From positions 73,036,001-73,100,000 of the forward strand of contig CM059430.1 in the NCBI GenBank assembly GCA_030390025.1: a stretch of 64,000 nt of DNA, in the 5' to 3' direction. This stretch comes from Squalus acanthias. Taxonomy: Eukaryota. Each line of letters opens with the position of its first letter. Within the stretch, counting starts at the first letter, position 1. Shown piece by piece: positions 26,091-38,116 of this stretch. A program made the position numbers and the translations under genes. The notes beneath the pieces were generated by a model. The model ran no database searches, was not told the DNA's origin, and worked only from the letters and a program-made list of their open reading frames with translations.

Positions 26091-29000
26091 TCATCTCACT
26101 GAGGTTTTATTTCAATAGCTCTGTATAAGTTATCCTTTTAGATTTGTTGAACGTTAATGAATAGTGTGGTGTTATAAATTATGTATTGTTGACTTTCTGC
26201 CCGACCATTGGCGTGAAATCATGGAACCTCTTAAGGTCCACCGGAAATGATAATTTTTAGGCATTTCTCTGGGATTTGTTGCCGTCTTTCAGTCGATGGA
26301 GTAATTTTAAGTTTTAAGTTTTTGGACCGTAAAAATTACGATAGCGGAGCGGCCGCGTATTACATATCCCGCAATATTTTCTTTTTAATAACTTCAATGG
26401 AAAGGAAAATCAAGCCAGGTATACAACGTGTGGTGTCCCAAAGTTATGGTGGAAGTTCGGCGGAAACCCCATGTAAATTTGCGTAGATTGAGTTGCTGAT
26501 AGAAAAACTGAGGCACGGCGGTCATTAACCCGGGTTTCAAATCCCGTTGGACGATCACCATCCTTTCCCATAATGTCTGGGTAAGACTGGAGTAAAAAAA
26601 AAGAAAAACTGCGTAAACGGCCGTTACCAAGCGTCTTCGTTTTTAAAGCTGTAAAACTTGATGATTTTTTCGACCAGGTTTGCGTTTCTCAAGTAGACCC
26701 CAACAATGGTTGATATTTAAAACAGGAAAAGACACAGATCGTTTTATTGAATGAAATTACATTAGAGCAGACGTGGTATTCCAACATGTAAAATAGTGAA
26801 ATGTTTTCTATAAAGGAACAGTTACCAGCGGTTTTCCATAGGCCCATTTCGCTGGGGTATTTGGACACGTTTATTTCAGTAACAATAGCCACAAAAACAC
26901 AAGGGTTCCAAGAATATCTTAATTTAATAAATGTTATGACATTCACTTTTTGGAAATACCTTCTAATTTGATCATTAGTGAACAGGTAAACACACGGAAG
27001 ATCTTTCATATTAAAGAAAACATTATCCGTTTTTGCTAAGTTTCTGAACTATGACGTTTCCCGGTGGATTCCCTGAACTCCGAGGCCAGAGAGCGGGTGA
27101 ATCCTCGCAAAAATTGCAGTTGTAAATCGTTTTCAAAAGACAATTTAGCTGCAGTTATTTCAGGCAAATTTCAGGCCTTGTTCATTACCATAGCATCTCG
27201 CTCAGTTTTTTCGCGTCAGAGCCACTTCACAACGGGCCGTCAATCCTTAGAAATATGCAACTCTTTAGCTGCCACTCCCTCCACCCTGTGTGTACCGACA
27301 CATTGTAATAAAGTGCACTCACTGTTGAGTAGCTAGCTGAGTGAATGGTTAGATGTTTGCAGTTACTGGCTTTTCAAATACGGTCCAACCTACTGGCCAA
27401 AATATTTTCTCTAAATAAGCAAACTTTCCGTCCTACAATAAAACAGGAAAAAATAAGCTTCAAATTTCATTTTAAAAATGAAGTACTGGAAATACGCAGC
27501 AGATCATTTTCCGAAAATAGAAAGAAAATGCATGATACAACATTTCAGGCATGTGTGATGAAGGCCAAATACCCGAAATGTGTTGAAGCTGGCTCCCGTT
27601 TCAAAATTTGTTCTCACGCTCGATACCCTAAAGTAATAAAAAACTGACGATTTCAGTATTGAAAATTTCAAATGACCCAGCGCAGTAACCTTTCGAAAGA
27701 GTGAATTCCAGATTTCCACTATACTTTGTGTGGGAAATTGCTGCCTAATATCGTTCCAGAATGACCTAGCTCTCATTTTAAGATCTTGTCTTGTTCTACA
27801 TTCCCCGACAAGAGGAAATAGCTCCTGCTCTCTACCTACACTTGTGAATTACTTGATTATTTTAAACACTTCAAGTAAATAAACCCTCAACGTTCTAATC
27901 TCAAGCCAGCGTAAGCCAAGCTTAAAAAAAAACATGCCCTCATGAGACTTTAGCGATGGCTAGGTTTCCCACTCCCAAATAATCCAAGTATATATTTTGC
28001 CACCGAGGGATTTGATAGTGTAAAATGTGCACTTTCCACTCAGCCGCCCGTTGTACATCTCTACCGATTTTCATTTCCATGAATCCGACCGTTTTACAAT
28101 AACACACAAAGTCACATTTACCCCCCAACAAGTTTTAACAATTAATCATATCTTTTGCGCGCACGAGCTAAGCATTCACTGGGCTCAAAGGAGAGGAAAT
28201 GGGAACCTAGTTGCCCGTTAGCATCGGCAGGCTTTGTGATCAATCAGATAATGCCAATCGAAACCAATTTCATGATAGCCCTACTAATTTAGAACAAGAG
28301 CATAGTTTCATTTGATGGACTACTGACTAGACACTTGCTGATGAATAAGGTTGTTCCCATTACATCCTTTCATCTTTTTACACCAAATCTGCATATTTAA
28401 ATTGGCATTCCCCAAATCAATCCACACACCACGACACACTCTTTTTAAATGGGTTAATCCAGACATCACGATTTTGTACCTATGATACTCGCTCACACGT
28501 CAATTTTGAAATTAAGCACTGCACTGCTTGTTGACTATGCTGAGCGAGGATTTATTGTAGTTTCAGACGTTCAAAAACCTGGTATTATAGCATTTATCTA
28601 CGTGGAAGTATGTCTTATCCAGACATGCATCGTCGTATTCAACGATTCTGTAGCTTTACCAACGACACATGCATTATATTCCTACTTGCACATAAAATAG
28701 CAATGCTCCCAAACTATAGGCCGCTTTTCTCTATAATAGGGTAACAATGATACGAGAGCGTCTCTAAGGCTTGTGAAGTTTTAACTTTTAACTGTTTTAC
28801 TAATTAGAAATTTCATAAAACTATTCGTAATCATCCCCTTTTCTGACTACACTTCGCAAAATACTCACCCTGCAACTGTATGTTACAAAGTTCTCTTAAA
28901 TATGCTATATATTGCTTATTGTGTAAAGAAATATTGGATGCACTTATTTCAGTTAAAAACTGATTTTTATATATGCGTTTCAGTGTAGGCGTGACATTAA

Positions 29001-30099
29001 CAGCCAGTTTATTGAAAAGTAACATTTGCTGAAAGGGAATAAAAAGAATACGGTTCTAAAATGTCTTGCATCACATTGCGCATAACTTCCATAAGCTGGC
29101 AGAATGTTCGTGACGGTCCTTTTTTTCTTAACTATAGACAAATCAGTTTCCCTACAAACATTGGAGTTCATTCCACAACCCTTTGAAGATATATGGTATC
29201 GCCGCCGTTTCCAGGATCCAGCCTAACCAGTGGCGCTGTAAACTGTGACTCACTTAATTACTTTGGTATTCCCTTTTCATCTGAACTCATGGAATACTCT
29301 AGGTCTCTGGCTTTCATCAGCATACAATCGGCTGGAAATAATCGATCTCTTTTGTTAGTCATATATTTCAGACAGTCACATCAAACAGCGATTCCGTCAC
29401 TCTTCCAATGATGTCCTACTGACAAGTCTATTTTTATAATCGTTTAAAATATTTAGTTTCGTCTGATTAACGTGGCACTCATTATCTTTTAAATCCGCTC
29501 TATATCGGGGAATCTGTTCCACACTTCATTTCGAGATATTTTGGTGTATTGATGAAGGGAACCATAGACTTTGCTACACCGGTACCTCGCCAAGAGACTT
29601 CGCATATGCACGCATGAAGGTGAGAAGTTGCGTGACATACCTACTTAACACAGCAGAAAAAGTTAGGGTTAGTGCATCTGGACAACAGAATCTTTAGCGG
29701 CATGATACGTCTTAATTACTGCCAAACAACATTTTTGGCTCTGAGAATTTAATTTTATAAGTGTGGAGTCTCATTCCTTCAGAATTTAATTATTGCTAGA
29801 GATTTTTCTAAAAAAATATTTGTTAACCATTTCCCGTCTCTTTTATCTCTTTCTCTTAATCTCATATTTATTTCCCTCACTTTATTTCGCTTTCAGTATG
29901 CGATTTTACATTGACTTAAATATTCTAATTGATACCTCCTAGTTTTGATTCTGCGCGCATCAGTTAGGAGTCTTCAATCTGATTGAAAATACACGCTGTT
30001 GCTTGGCCCACATACCACCGATCCCCTGTAAAGGGCACTGCTCTGAACATAATCTCTAAATACCGTAGGTTGCAACTCAAAAACCCAGGTAAATTCTCT

Positions 30100-31147
30100 T
30101 ATGAGGGATTTTATCGAATGTCTTCTCAAAGTCCATATCAATAACATCCGTAGACATTAACTGTCCACTACTTGAGCCATTTCTTCAAAAAAATCAATTA
30201 GATTCCTCAGACATGAATTACCCTTTATAAATATTTCATCAGCTGCACATTTTCAAGGTGTTTAGTCACTCTATCCTTAATTACAGACTCCTGTAATTTC
30301 ACAACAAGAGATGGTAGGCTAACTGGTCTAGAACTCCCTGCTTTCAATCTCTCACCTTTCCTAAATAGCGGAGTGACATGTTCAATTTTCAAATCTAAAG
30401 AAACAGTTCTTGAATCGCGACAAATTTGTACGATCATATTTCGGGCATCTGCAATGTTCTCAGCTACTTCCTTTTAAACCCTGGGATGAAAAGCAGCTGG
30501 TCTGTGGGATTTGTCACTCTTTATTGCAATTATTTTCGTCATTCTTATAATTTGCTTGCGTTAATTATGGTGAGACCCTGTCCCTGATTCAAAATTAGTT
30601 CCCTTGGGACGTCCAGCATGCTATCCGCTTCCTCTACTGTAAATACTGACACAAATTAATTATTTAACAAGTCCAGCATTTCCTTATCTTCATTTATGAT
30701 ATCACCATTATCAGTTTTGAAGGGGCCCAATTTGCTCTGAAGCAAACACTTTTTCCTAATATAATTTTAAATGATGGTTTGGTTTGTTTTTGATATTCCT
30801 TTCATGTTTATTTTCATATTCCATTTTTGTAGCTCTTACTATCTGTTGTGTCATTTTTGCTTTGTATCTCTCCCGTTCGCCAGGATTAGAGCTGTTTTTT
30901 GAATTATTGTATGTTTTTTCTTTTAGTTTTATGATGTACCTTACATCGTTCGTCATCCGTGGCTGTTTTTCTTGTGGAAGTGGAGCTTTCGCTCCTTAGG
31001 TGTATAAGTTGGTTCTGTATCACATTACGTTCTTTTTTGAACACCTCCCACTGATCTTCTGTCTTTTTACCTATTAACAGATTTGCCCTGTTTAATGTAG
31101 GCAGTCTCTGTCTCATCCACTCGAATTCGGCCATACCTTAATCTAGA
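30100..31147 (-). mobile_element. CR1 LINE internal fragment
   Basis: HVTPLFRKG..SRPVSLPS peptide. Confidence 0.8.
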
Positions 31148-31332
31148 AGCCTAGAAATTCGTCTCGTGTGATGGCGTAAAATGGGCGGCGTCGGATCGGC
31201 CACCTGCTCCACGCAGCAGCTGGTATTCAGTGCCATTGCTATCAATGGAACTGAATATAAGGTGCTGCTTATAACAGGGGGTCGATCCAATACCGCTCGT
31301 ATTGCGCCACCACCGGAGACGAACTTCTAGGC
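31148..31332. mobile_element. Short MITE
   Basis: 17-bp TIR gcctagaaattcgtctc / gagacgaacttctaggc (1 mismatch). Confidence 0.65.
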
Positions 31333-31859
31333 CAGAATATTTTCGCATTTCTCCCTGTAGATGCCTTCCGGTGGGGTTTTCCCTGGGAGATCGAGTTAAA
31401 GACCGTTAATCAAAATTACTATGTATAATCGCAATGAAATGTGCTTTTTAATTATGACCTTAATATTCCACCGGAGCTCTCTCGCTGTCCCGCCATAAGT
31501 GCCCACCGTCTACATCGTGTTTCCTGGTCTCTTCACCTGGTCTCCTGCTCAAATGAAACGGGAAAATTAGGAGAGCCCTTGCCAGACTCCCATGCTTGGA
31601 AGCGTTGGTATTCAGATTCCTGTAATACCAATCATTAAATCGGTGGGGTAACAATATAATTCCAAGAGAAACGATACAAATGATCGTTTTCGGAATTTAT
31701 GCAATTTTATAGCCTTTTCGCCGGTTCTCGCTCCCCCCAAACCTACAGCGGGAGACAGGTGTTAGCCCTGTGGAACGTTGGGACCAATATGTGGCTTGAA
31801 ACGAATTGTAATTTGATATGGAATTCAGGCATTGGAAGGTGTTCCGTGCAGAATAACTG

Positions 31860-33255
31860 AAAACCAAGAATAAGCTATAAGCTGAAATTTAATAGAGCAA
31901 TTGGGATGTTTTAAATGGCGCACAGCGAATTTGTGAGAAATATGTGAGGCACGAGAAGTTGATGAGGCTGCTACAAATCATACCGAATCATGAGCTTTAT
32001 AAGTAGAGGCATATAGTACAAAAGCAAGGAAGTTATACTGAACCTTTATAAATCACTGGTTACGTCTCAGCTGGAGTAATGGCCCGTATTTTCCGATCCC
32101 TACGGGTGTGTACGAAGTGCACGGGCTGAAAGCGACGTTTCCGATCTGTCAAGAATCCTCTTGACAGATCGCTCGCCTGCCCTGGAAAAGGGCCTCTGCG
32201 GGTGGAGAGTTCCGGTTTCTGCAGATACTCAGCCGGCTGAAATCCCTTAAAAAGCTTACACCGGATAAAAGCAGGCGTAAGGCCTGCTTTTACCAGCATA
32301 AGTATTTAAAAAAGTAAAACAATATTTTTTTTCACTCATTTATAAATTAAAAATACTTTTAGAAAAGGTAATTTTATTTTTAGCCCCGTTAAAAAGTCTA
32401 ATTACTTTTCAAAAAAATAAAGTTTTGTTTAAAATATTTAATTTAATGTAATTTTAACTAATTATAAAAACGTTATTTTTTTGATTCATTTAATGTTTTG
32501 ATGTGTTTATTCAGTGTCTAAGCTGTCAAAATATAAAGCGTGATTTCCTTCTCCCATTGGTTCCCCATGGCCCACGTGATCCCAGGGACGCTTGCGAACC
32601 GCATATGCCCCTGGGACACGTGGACCCTGCGCATTTCGTCTTGGAGGAGCCCAGCAGCGGAAATGCTCGGATCCTCTGAAGCCCTCAGGTAAGGGCATAG
32701 AAATTCACCAAATCGCAGGTCTCCGCATGCAGGAAGCCTGCGATCGGAAAATACGGGCCAATATGTACAATTCTGGATGCTAAGGTCTTGCAGAAGGTGC
32801 AGTCGAGGTTTGCCAGTGTGGTGCCAGGGATGAGGGAGTTCAGTTATGTGGAGAGATTAAAGAAGCAAGCATTATTCTCCTTAAAGCAGAGAGGGCTGAC
32901 GCGAGATTTAATAGAGGTCTTCATAATTAGTACATTAGGTTCAACTTCTTCCACTGACAGGAGGGTCGTTAACCAGATGATAAATATTTTAGATAATTGG
33001 CAAAAGAAGCAGAGAGGTATGACGAGAATTTGTTTAGGCAGCGAGTTGTTATGATGTGGAATGCATTGCCTTAAATTGAAGTGGAAGCAGATTCAATCGT
33101 AACTTTCAAAGGGGAATTTGATAAATACTTGAAAAGGAATCCAATGCAGGGCTGTGTTGAAAGAGCAGACGACTCAGAGTAAATGGACTGCATTTTTAAA
33201 AAGCCTCCAACGGATCTGTGGGCAGAATGGTCTCTTTCTGCGCTGTATGATGCTA
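31860..33255 (+). mobile_element. CR1 LINE 3' fragment with MITE insertion
   Basis: YKSKEVILNLYKSLV before the MITE and KVQSRF..SYVERLKK..DLIEVF after it. Confidence 0.8.
32081..32759. mobile_element. Hairpin-rich MITE family, copy 1
   Basis: Perfect 18-bp TIR ggcccgtattttccgatc with AAT TSD; internal hairpins. Confidence 0.85.
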
Positions 33256-33480
33256 TGTGTATAAGGCATGTCCCATTGAGGAACTGAGCAAACAATGATG
33301 GCCTATTTCAACTGCTGAGTTAAATCAGCATTAAACTGCGGTGCTGATATCACATCCTGGATGATTTCATGGTTTGAGGCTTTTCATCATTATGTGTTTA
33401 TTGAGTAGTAATCTCTCCAATTCATTATCAATTGTGCTCTTTCCATTGACAAATGCTGTTTAAGAGTAAAATTATCTTAC

Positions 33481-33595
33481 CTGTAGAAGTTAATTGGTTT
33501 AATGTGGTGGAGGATGATAATCATTAGTAGAATAATTACCAATATCCCCACGCTGGATCGATAAAGCAGGCGGAATGGGAGGGCAGCGTGATAAT
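33481..33595 (-). CDS. IgSF receptor copy 1, transmembrane exon with Arg
   Basis: tttccag acceptor and gtaaga donor; phase 1 matches the C1 exon; (D)YHAALPFRLLYRSSVGILVIILLMIIILHHIKPINFY. Confidence 0.8.
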
Positions 33596-35467
33596 CTGGA
33601 AATGATATAAAGTAATCCATGATTCACAGCTCACTACTAAAAGCCATACTAATCGGATGATATTTTTTCATCCGAACACCGACTGAAAATGTATCCACTT
33701 GATGGTTTATCAATTTCTCTTTCTGCTTTGTGTGACAGAACTACTTCAACTTTAAATATTTTAAAGTTAAAGCACATTGGGACAAGACTTCCTCTGATTG
33801 CTATGTGTCAGGAAATCGTCAAAGCTTTGGCAGAGATTGTCGATCTTCGTTATTTTTAGCGGTACTATAAATAAAATCTAAAGTAAATTATTGAAACGTC
33901 GCTAGACATAATGAGTACAGGAACTCTTTACAAGCGCATTTACAAATCAAGCAGAGAGTATCGCAGCTCATTAGTGGAACACAAGCGATAAATATTAAAT
34001 TGAAATACAACCTGTGCTGGACCTGAACTGCTAACGTTTCCTGGTTCCAAAAGAGTAATCTGCTTAAAAGTCTTCGCATTTTTTCCCTGAGGAACCTTCC
34101 AGCTGCCTGTTTTCGGAGTTACTACTTCTCAGACCGGTCGCTATTATGAAATTCCTGCTTAATGTGCAATAGTACCAATTAAGAGCACATTTATTCAGGC
34201 ATCTGATATGCTGTAAGAGCTAATTTGGAATTAACTCAGATGATATTTGATCATTATAATTAGGGTTTGTCATATCACCAGGCCTAACGACATAAACAAG
34301 GCCATTTGTCGCACTTTATGTCATTCCTCTATGTTCTGCGGGAGAACCTTCACGGAAATTTCAGTCGATAGTCCTTAGCGACAGTGTGTTGACTTCTTTA
34401 ATTTGAGTAAGTTTAAAATCAGGATTTGTGCATGAAAGGAGAATATAGTAGTTAGTTGTGGCAACAATCTATCATATTTACACCTCAGATGGAATCGAAG
34501 ATAGTTTATTGTGTACAGAAAATTATCCCATTGTGGTGTGTGATATAATATTGCATTTGTTGTTGAGAGATTAGCTGAGACTATCTGGAATTGAGAGAGA
34601 AACAAGAGACACTTGAAAATTATGAACTGTCCCGCTCTTTACACCAGTGGAGAGCATCACTCTTGTTGTCGCTAAAAATTAATAATTTCTACTCCCTTCC
34701 TCCTTTTGGTAATGATGTTAAGTTTCTGCCATCGGGTAATCGATTCGTTGATAAGAAAATATATATTTTTTTATTTACCTGATCGAGCTCCTTGAAAACC
34801 TTGAACATCTCAATTTGTTGTATATAGCCCCTCTTTCTCTATCTGTTTCCTTTTATAACTGAAATATCGCCGCCTTGATACGACCATAGTAAAATATATT
34901 TTGCATGTGACAATATTTTTGACATTTTTCAGAAAGTAAATTGCCAAAATATGAACACAATATTCTCAATGTAGTCTAACCGACGACGTGTTTCGGCTTA
35001 GCATTACATTAAGCTGAACCCTAAATCGGTGTTTTCTTTAATTTATTTGAATGATTTTACACTTAGGACGTATCCGCTTTCATTTCTGCTTCGAAAAATT
35101 ATTGCATGATACCACTCCGCATGCAATTTCATCCGAGCTGATTCTGCTAAATCTGCCTCGTTGCCTATATGGTCTTGAAGCGTTTTGCAATTTTCTTCAC
35201 AGTTAGGTACACCCTCTGTTTCCAGCACTCCGTACATGTTGCTATTTTGCCTCAGTTTAAACTTCCATTAGCAGTGTTCCCTTGAATTAATTTTGGCTGG
35301 TTGAATCCTTTTCGTCACATTACCCCTACTATATTATTGCGACACACATTTCTGAGCTAATTATGGATTGCGAAGATTACTTAATAACATGGCAATCTGT
35401 TCCAGAAAACACCTCACTCTTTATTTGTCCGACGTCTGCAATGGCAGTTCGACACCCGCGGGAATAA

Positions 35468-36838
35468 ACATACGAACATACGAAATAGGAGCAGGAGTAG
35501 GCCACTCGGCCCTTCGAGCCTGCTCCGCTATTCAATAAGATCATAGCTGATCCGATTACTCCACATTCCCGCCTATCCCCGATACCTTTTCACCCCATTG
35601 CTTACCAATAATTTATCCACCTCTGCCTTAAAAATATTCAAAGACTCTGCTTCCACCCCCCTCTGAGGAAGAGAGTTCCAAAGACTCACGACCCTCTGTG
35701 AGAAAAAAAATCTCCTCATCTCTGACTTATATGTGCGACACCTTATTTTTAAACAGTGACCCCTAGTTCTAGATTCTCCCTGAAGAGGAAACATCCTTTC
35801 CACATCCACCCTGTCGAGACCACTCAGGATTGTATAAGTTTCAATCAAGTCACCTCTTACTCTTCTAAACATCAGCGGATACAAGTCTAGCCTGTCCAAC
35901 CTTTCCTCTTAAGACAACCCGCCCATTCCAGGTATTACTCTAGTAAACCTTCTCTGAACTGCTCTCAACGCATTTACATCCTTCCTTAAATAAGGACACC
36001 AATACAGTTCTGCAGATGTGGTCTCACCATTGCCCTGTATAACTGAAGCATAACCTCCCTATTTTTGTATTCAATTTCCCTCGCAATAAACAATAACATT
36101 CTATTGGCTTTCCTAATTACTTGCTGTACCTGCATAGTAACCTTTTGTGATTCATGCACTCAGACATCCAGATCCATCTGCATCTCAGGGCTCTGCAATC
36201 TCTCACCATTTAGATAATAAGATTCATTTTTATTCTTCCTGCCAAAATGGACAACTTCACATTTTCCCACATTATACTCCATTTGCCAGATCTTTGCCCC
36301 CTCACTTCACCTATCGATATCCCTTTGTAGCCTCCTTTTGTCCTCTTCACAATTTACTATCCTACCTATCTATGTGTCATCAGCAAATTTAGCAACCATA
36401 CCTTCGGTCCCTTCATCCAAGTCACTTATATATATTGTAAAAAGTTGAGGCCCTAGCACTGATCCCTGTGGCACAACACTCGTTACATCTCGCCAATCAA
36501 AAGATTACCCATTTATGCCTACTCTCTGTTTCCTGTTAGCTAGCCAATCTTCTATCCATGCCAATATGTTACCCCCTACACCATGAGCTTCTATTTTCCA
36601 CAATAACCTTTGATGCGGCACCTTATCAAATGCCTTCTGGAAATTTAAGTACAGTACATCCACCGGTCCCCTTTATCCACAGCACATGTTACTTCCTCAA
36701 AGAACTCCAAAAAATTGGTCAAACATGATTTCCCTTCCACAAAACCATGTTGACTCTGCCTGATTACTTTGAACTTTTCTAAGTGCCCTGCTATAACGTC
36801 TTTAATAATAGCTTCTAACATCTTCCCTATGACAGATG
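35468..36838 (-). mobile_element. CR1 LINE, 5'-truncated
   Basis: SQHGFVEGKSCLTNF, RGDLIETY and FFSQRVVSLWNSLP peptides; CR1 tail. Confidence 0.92.
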
Positions 36839-36872
36839 CAACACAAAAGTAGCACATGTGCGATGATGTTAC

Positions 36873-37178
36873 CTTCGTTGCCAACAGTGTAGCTGGCATT
36901 TGCTGGAATCGAGTTGGAAACGTGATGGACTTGACAGGTGTAAACTGTGCCGCGCTCAATTGGTTTTGTCTCTTCTAAGGAGCTGATAACTTCACATAGA
37001 CCCTCTGTCATTGTCTGTTGTTCAGTTCTAAATCCTGCCATCATTTTGGTGCCATTTTTATACCAGGTGAGGTTAAAGTCCTTCGGGTAAAAAGCAGCCG
37101 TTCTGCACTGAAGTCTGAGCGAAACAGATGAAGCCTCTTTGAATGGTGTGGAGACAATCTTCAGTGGAGCGGGGACAG
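36873..37178 (-). CDS. IgSF receptor copy 1, Ig C1-set exon
   Basis: ccgtttag acceptor and gtaaca donor; 306 nt, phase 1-1; LQCRTAAFYPKDFNLTWYKNG...YTCQVHH C1-set signature. Confidence 0.92.
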
Positions 37179-37217
37179 CTAAACGGAAAAAATCAAAAAG
37201 AGACGAATGAACTCCTT

Positions 37218-37956
37218 GGCCCATAATTTCCGATCCCTGCGGGTTTGTACGAGCTGTGTCCACACCCGTAGGGATCGCACAGGTGCCGGTTTCAGGCATA
37301 CGAAGCGCGTCCGCTGAAAACAGACACTTCCGATCTGTGAAGGATCCTCTTTACAGATCGGACGCCTGCCCTGGAGAAGGACCTCTGCGGGTGGAGATTT
37401 CCACTTTCTGCAGAACCTCCGCCCGCTGAAATTCCTTAAAAATATTACGCCTGCTTGTACCAGCATAAGCGTTTAAAAAATTAAAAAATAACCTTTTTTC
37501 ACTCATTTATAATTTAAAATTACTTTTAAAAAAGTTAAGTTTATTTTTAACCCGTAAAATGCTTCAATTATTTTTTGCAAAAAATTAAATTATTGTTTAA
37601 AATGTTTAATTTAATGTAATTTTAACTAATTTTAAAAACGTGATTTAAAAAAAATATGTATGTTTTAGTGCGTTTTTTGTGTGATCCCCATTCATACATT
37701 TGTCAGGTCTAACCTGAGAGACCTGTCAAAAGTATGAAGTGGGATTCCCTTCGTCCATTTGGTCTCCATGGCACACGTGATCCTGGGGACGCTTGCGTAC
37801 CGCCTGTGCCCCTGGGATTCCTGGGTCTCTGCACGCGCGCACCAGCAGATGTCCAGGAGCGGAAATGTCCAGACCTCGATAGCACTCAGGTAAGGGCGTA
37901 GATTTTTTCCTGATCAGAGGCATCTGCACGCAGGAATCCTCTGATATATACGGGCC
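37218..37956. mobile_element. Hairpin-rich MITE family, copy 2
   Basis: Homologous throughout to 32081-32759; ends ggccc...gggcc. Confidence 0.8.
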
Positions 37957-38116
37957 AATATCTATGATCGCAATGTTGCGCTTGAATTTTTGCAAAAGTA
38001 CAGGTAGAGAGGTCTGTTGTTACATGGCGAACATTTTCTTCTTCTGGATGGAAAGGATAGATTTAGGAACTCCGAGCTTCCTCTATCACTCAGACCACCC
38101 ATTTCCTTCGTAATGT

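Noticed and set aside
27322-29331. Candidate cytoplasmic linker exons near 27.3-27.4, 28.9 and 29.3 kb
   Set aside because: Each has an in-frame stop or a weak splice site; not supportable without transcripts
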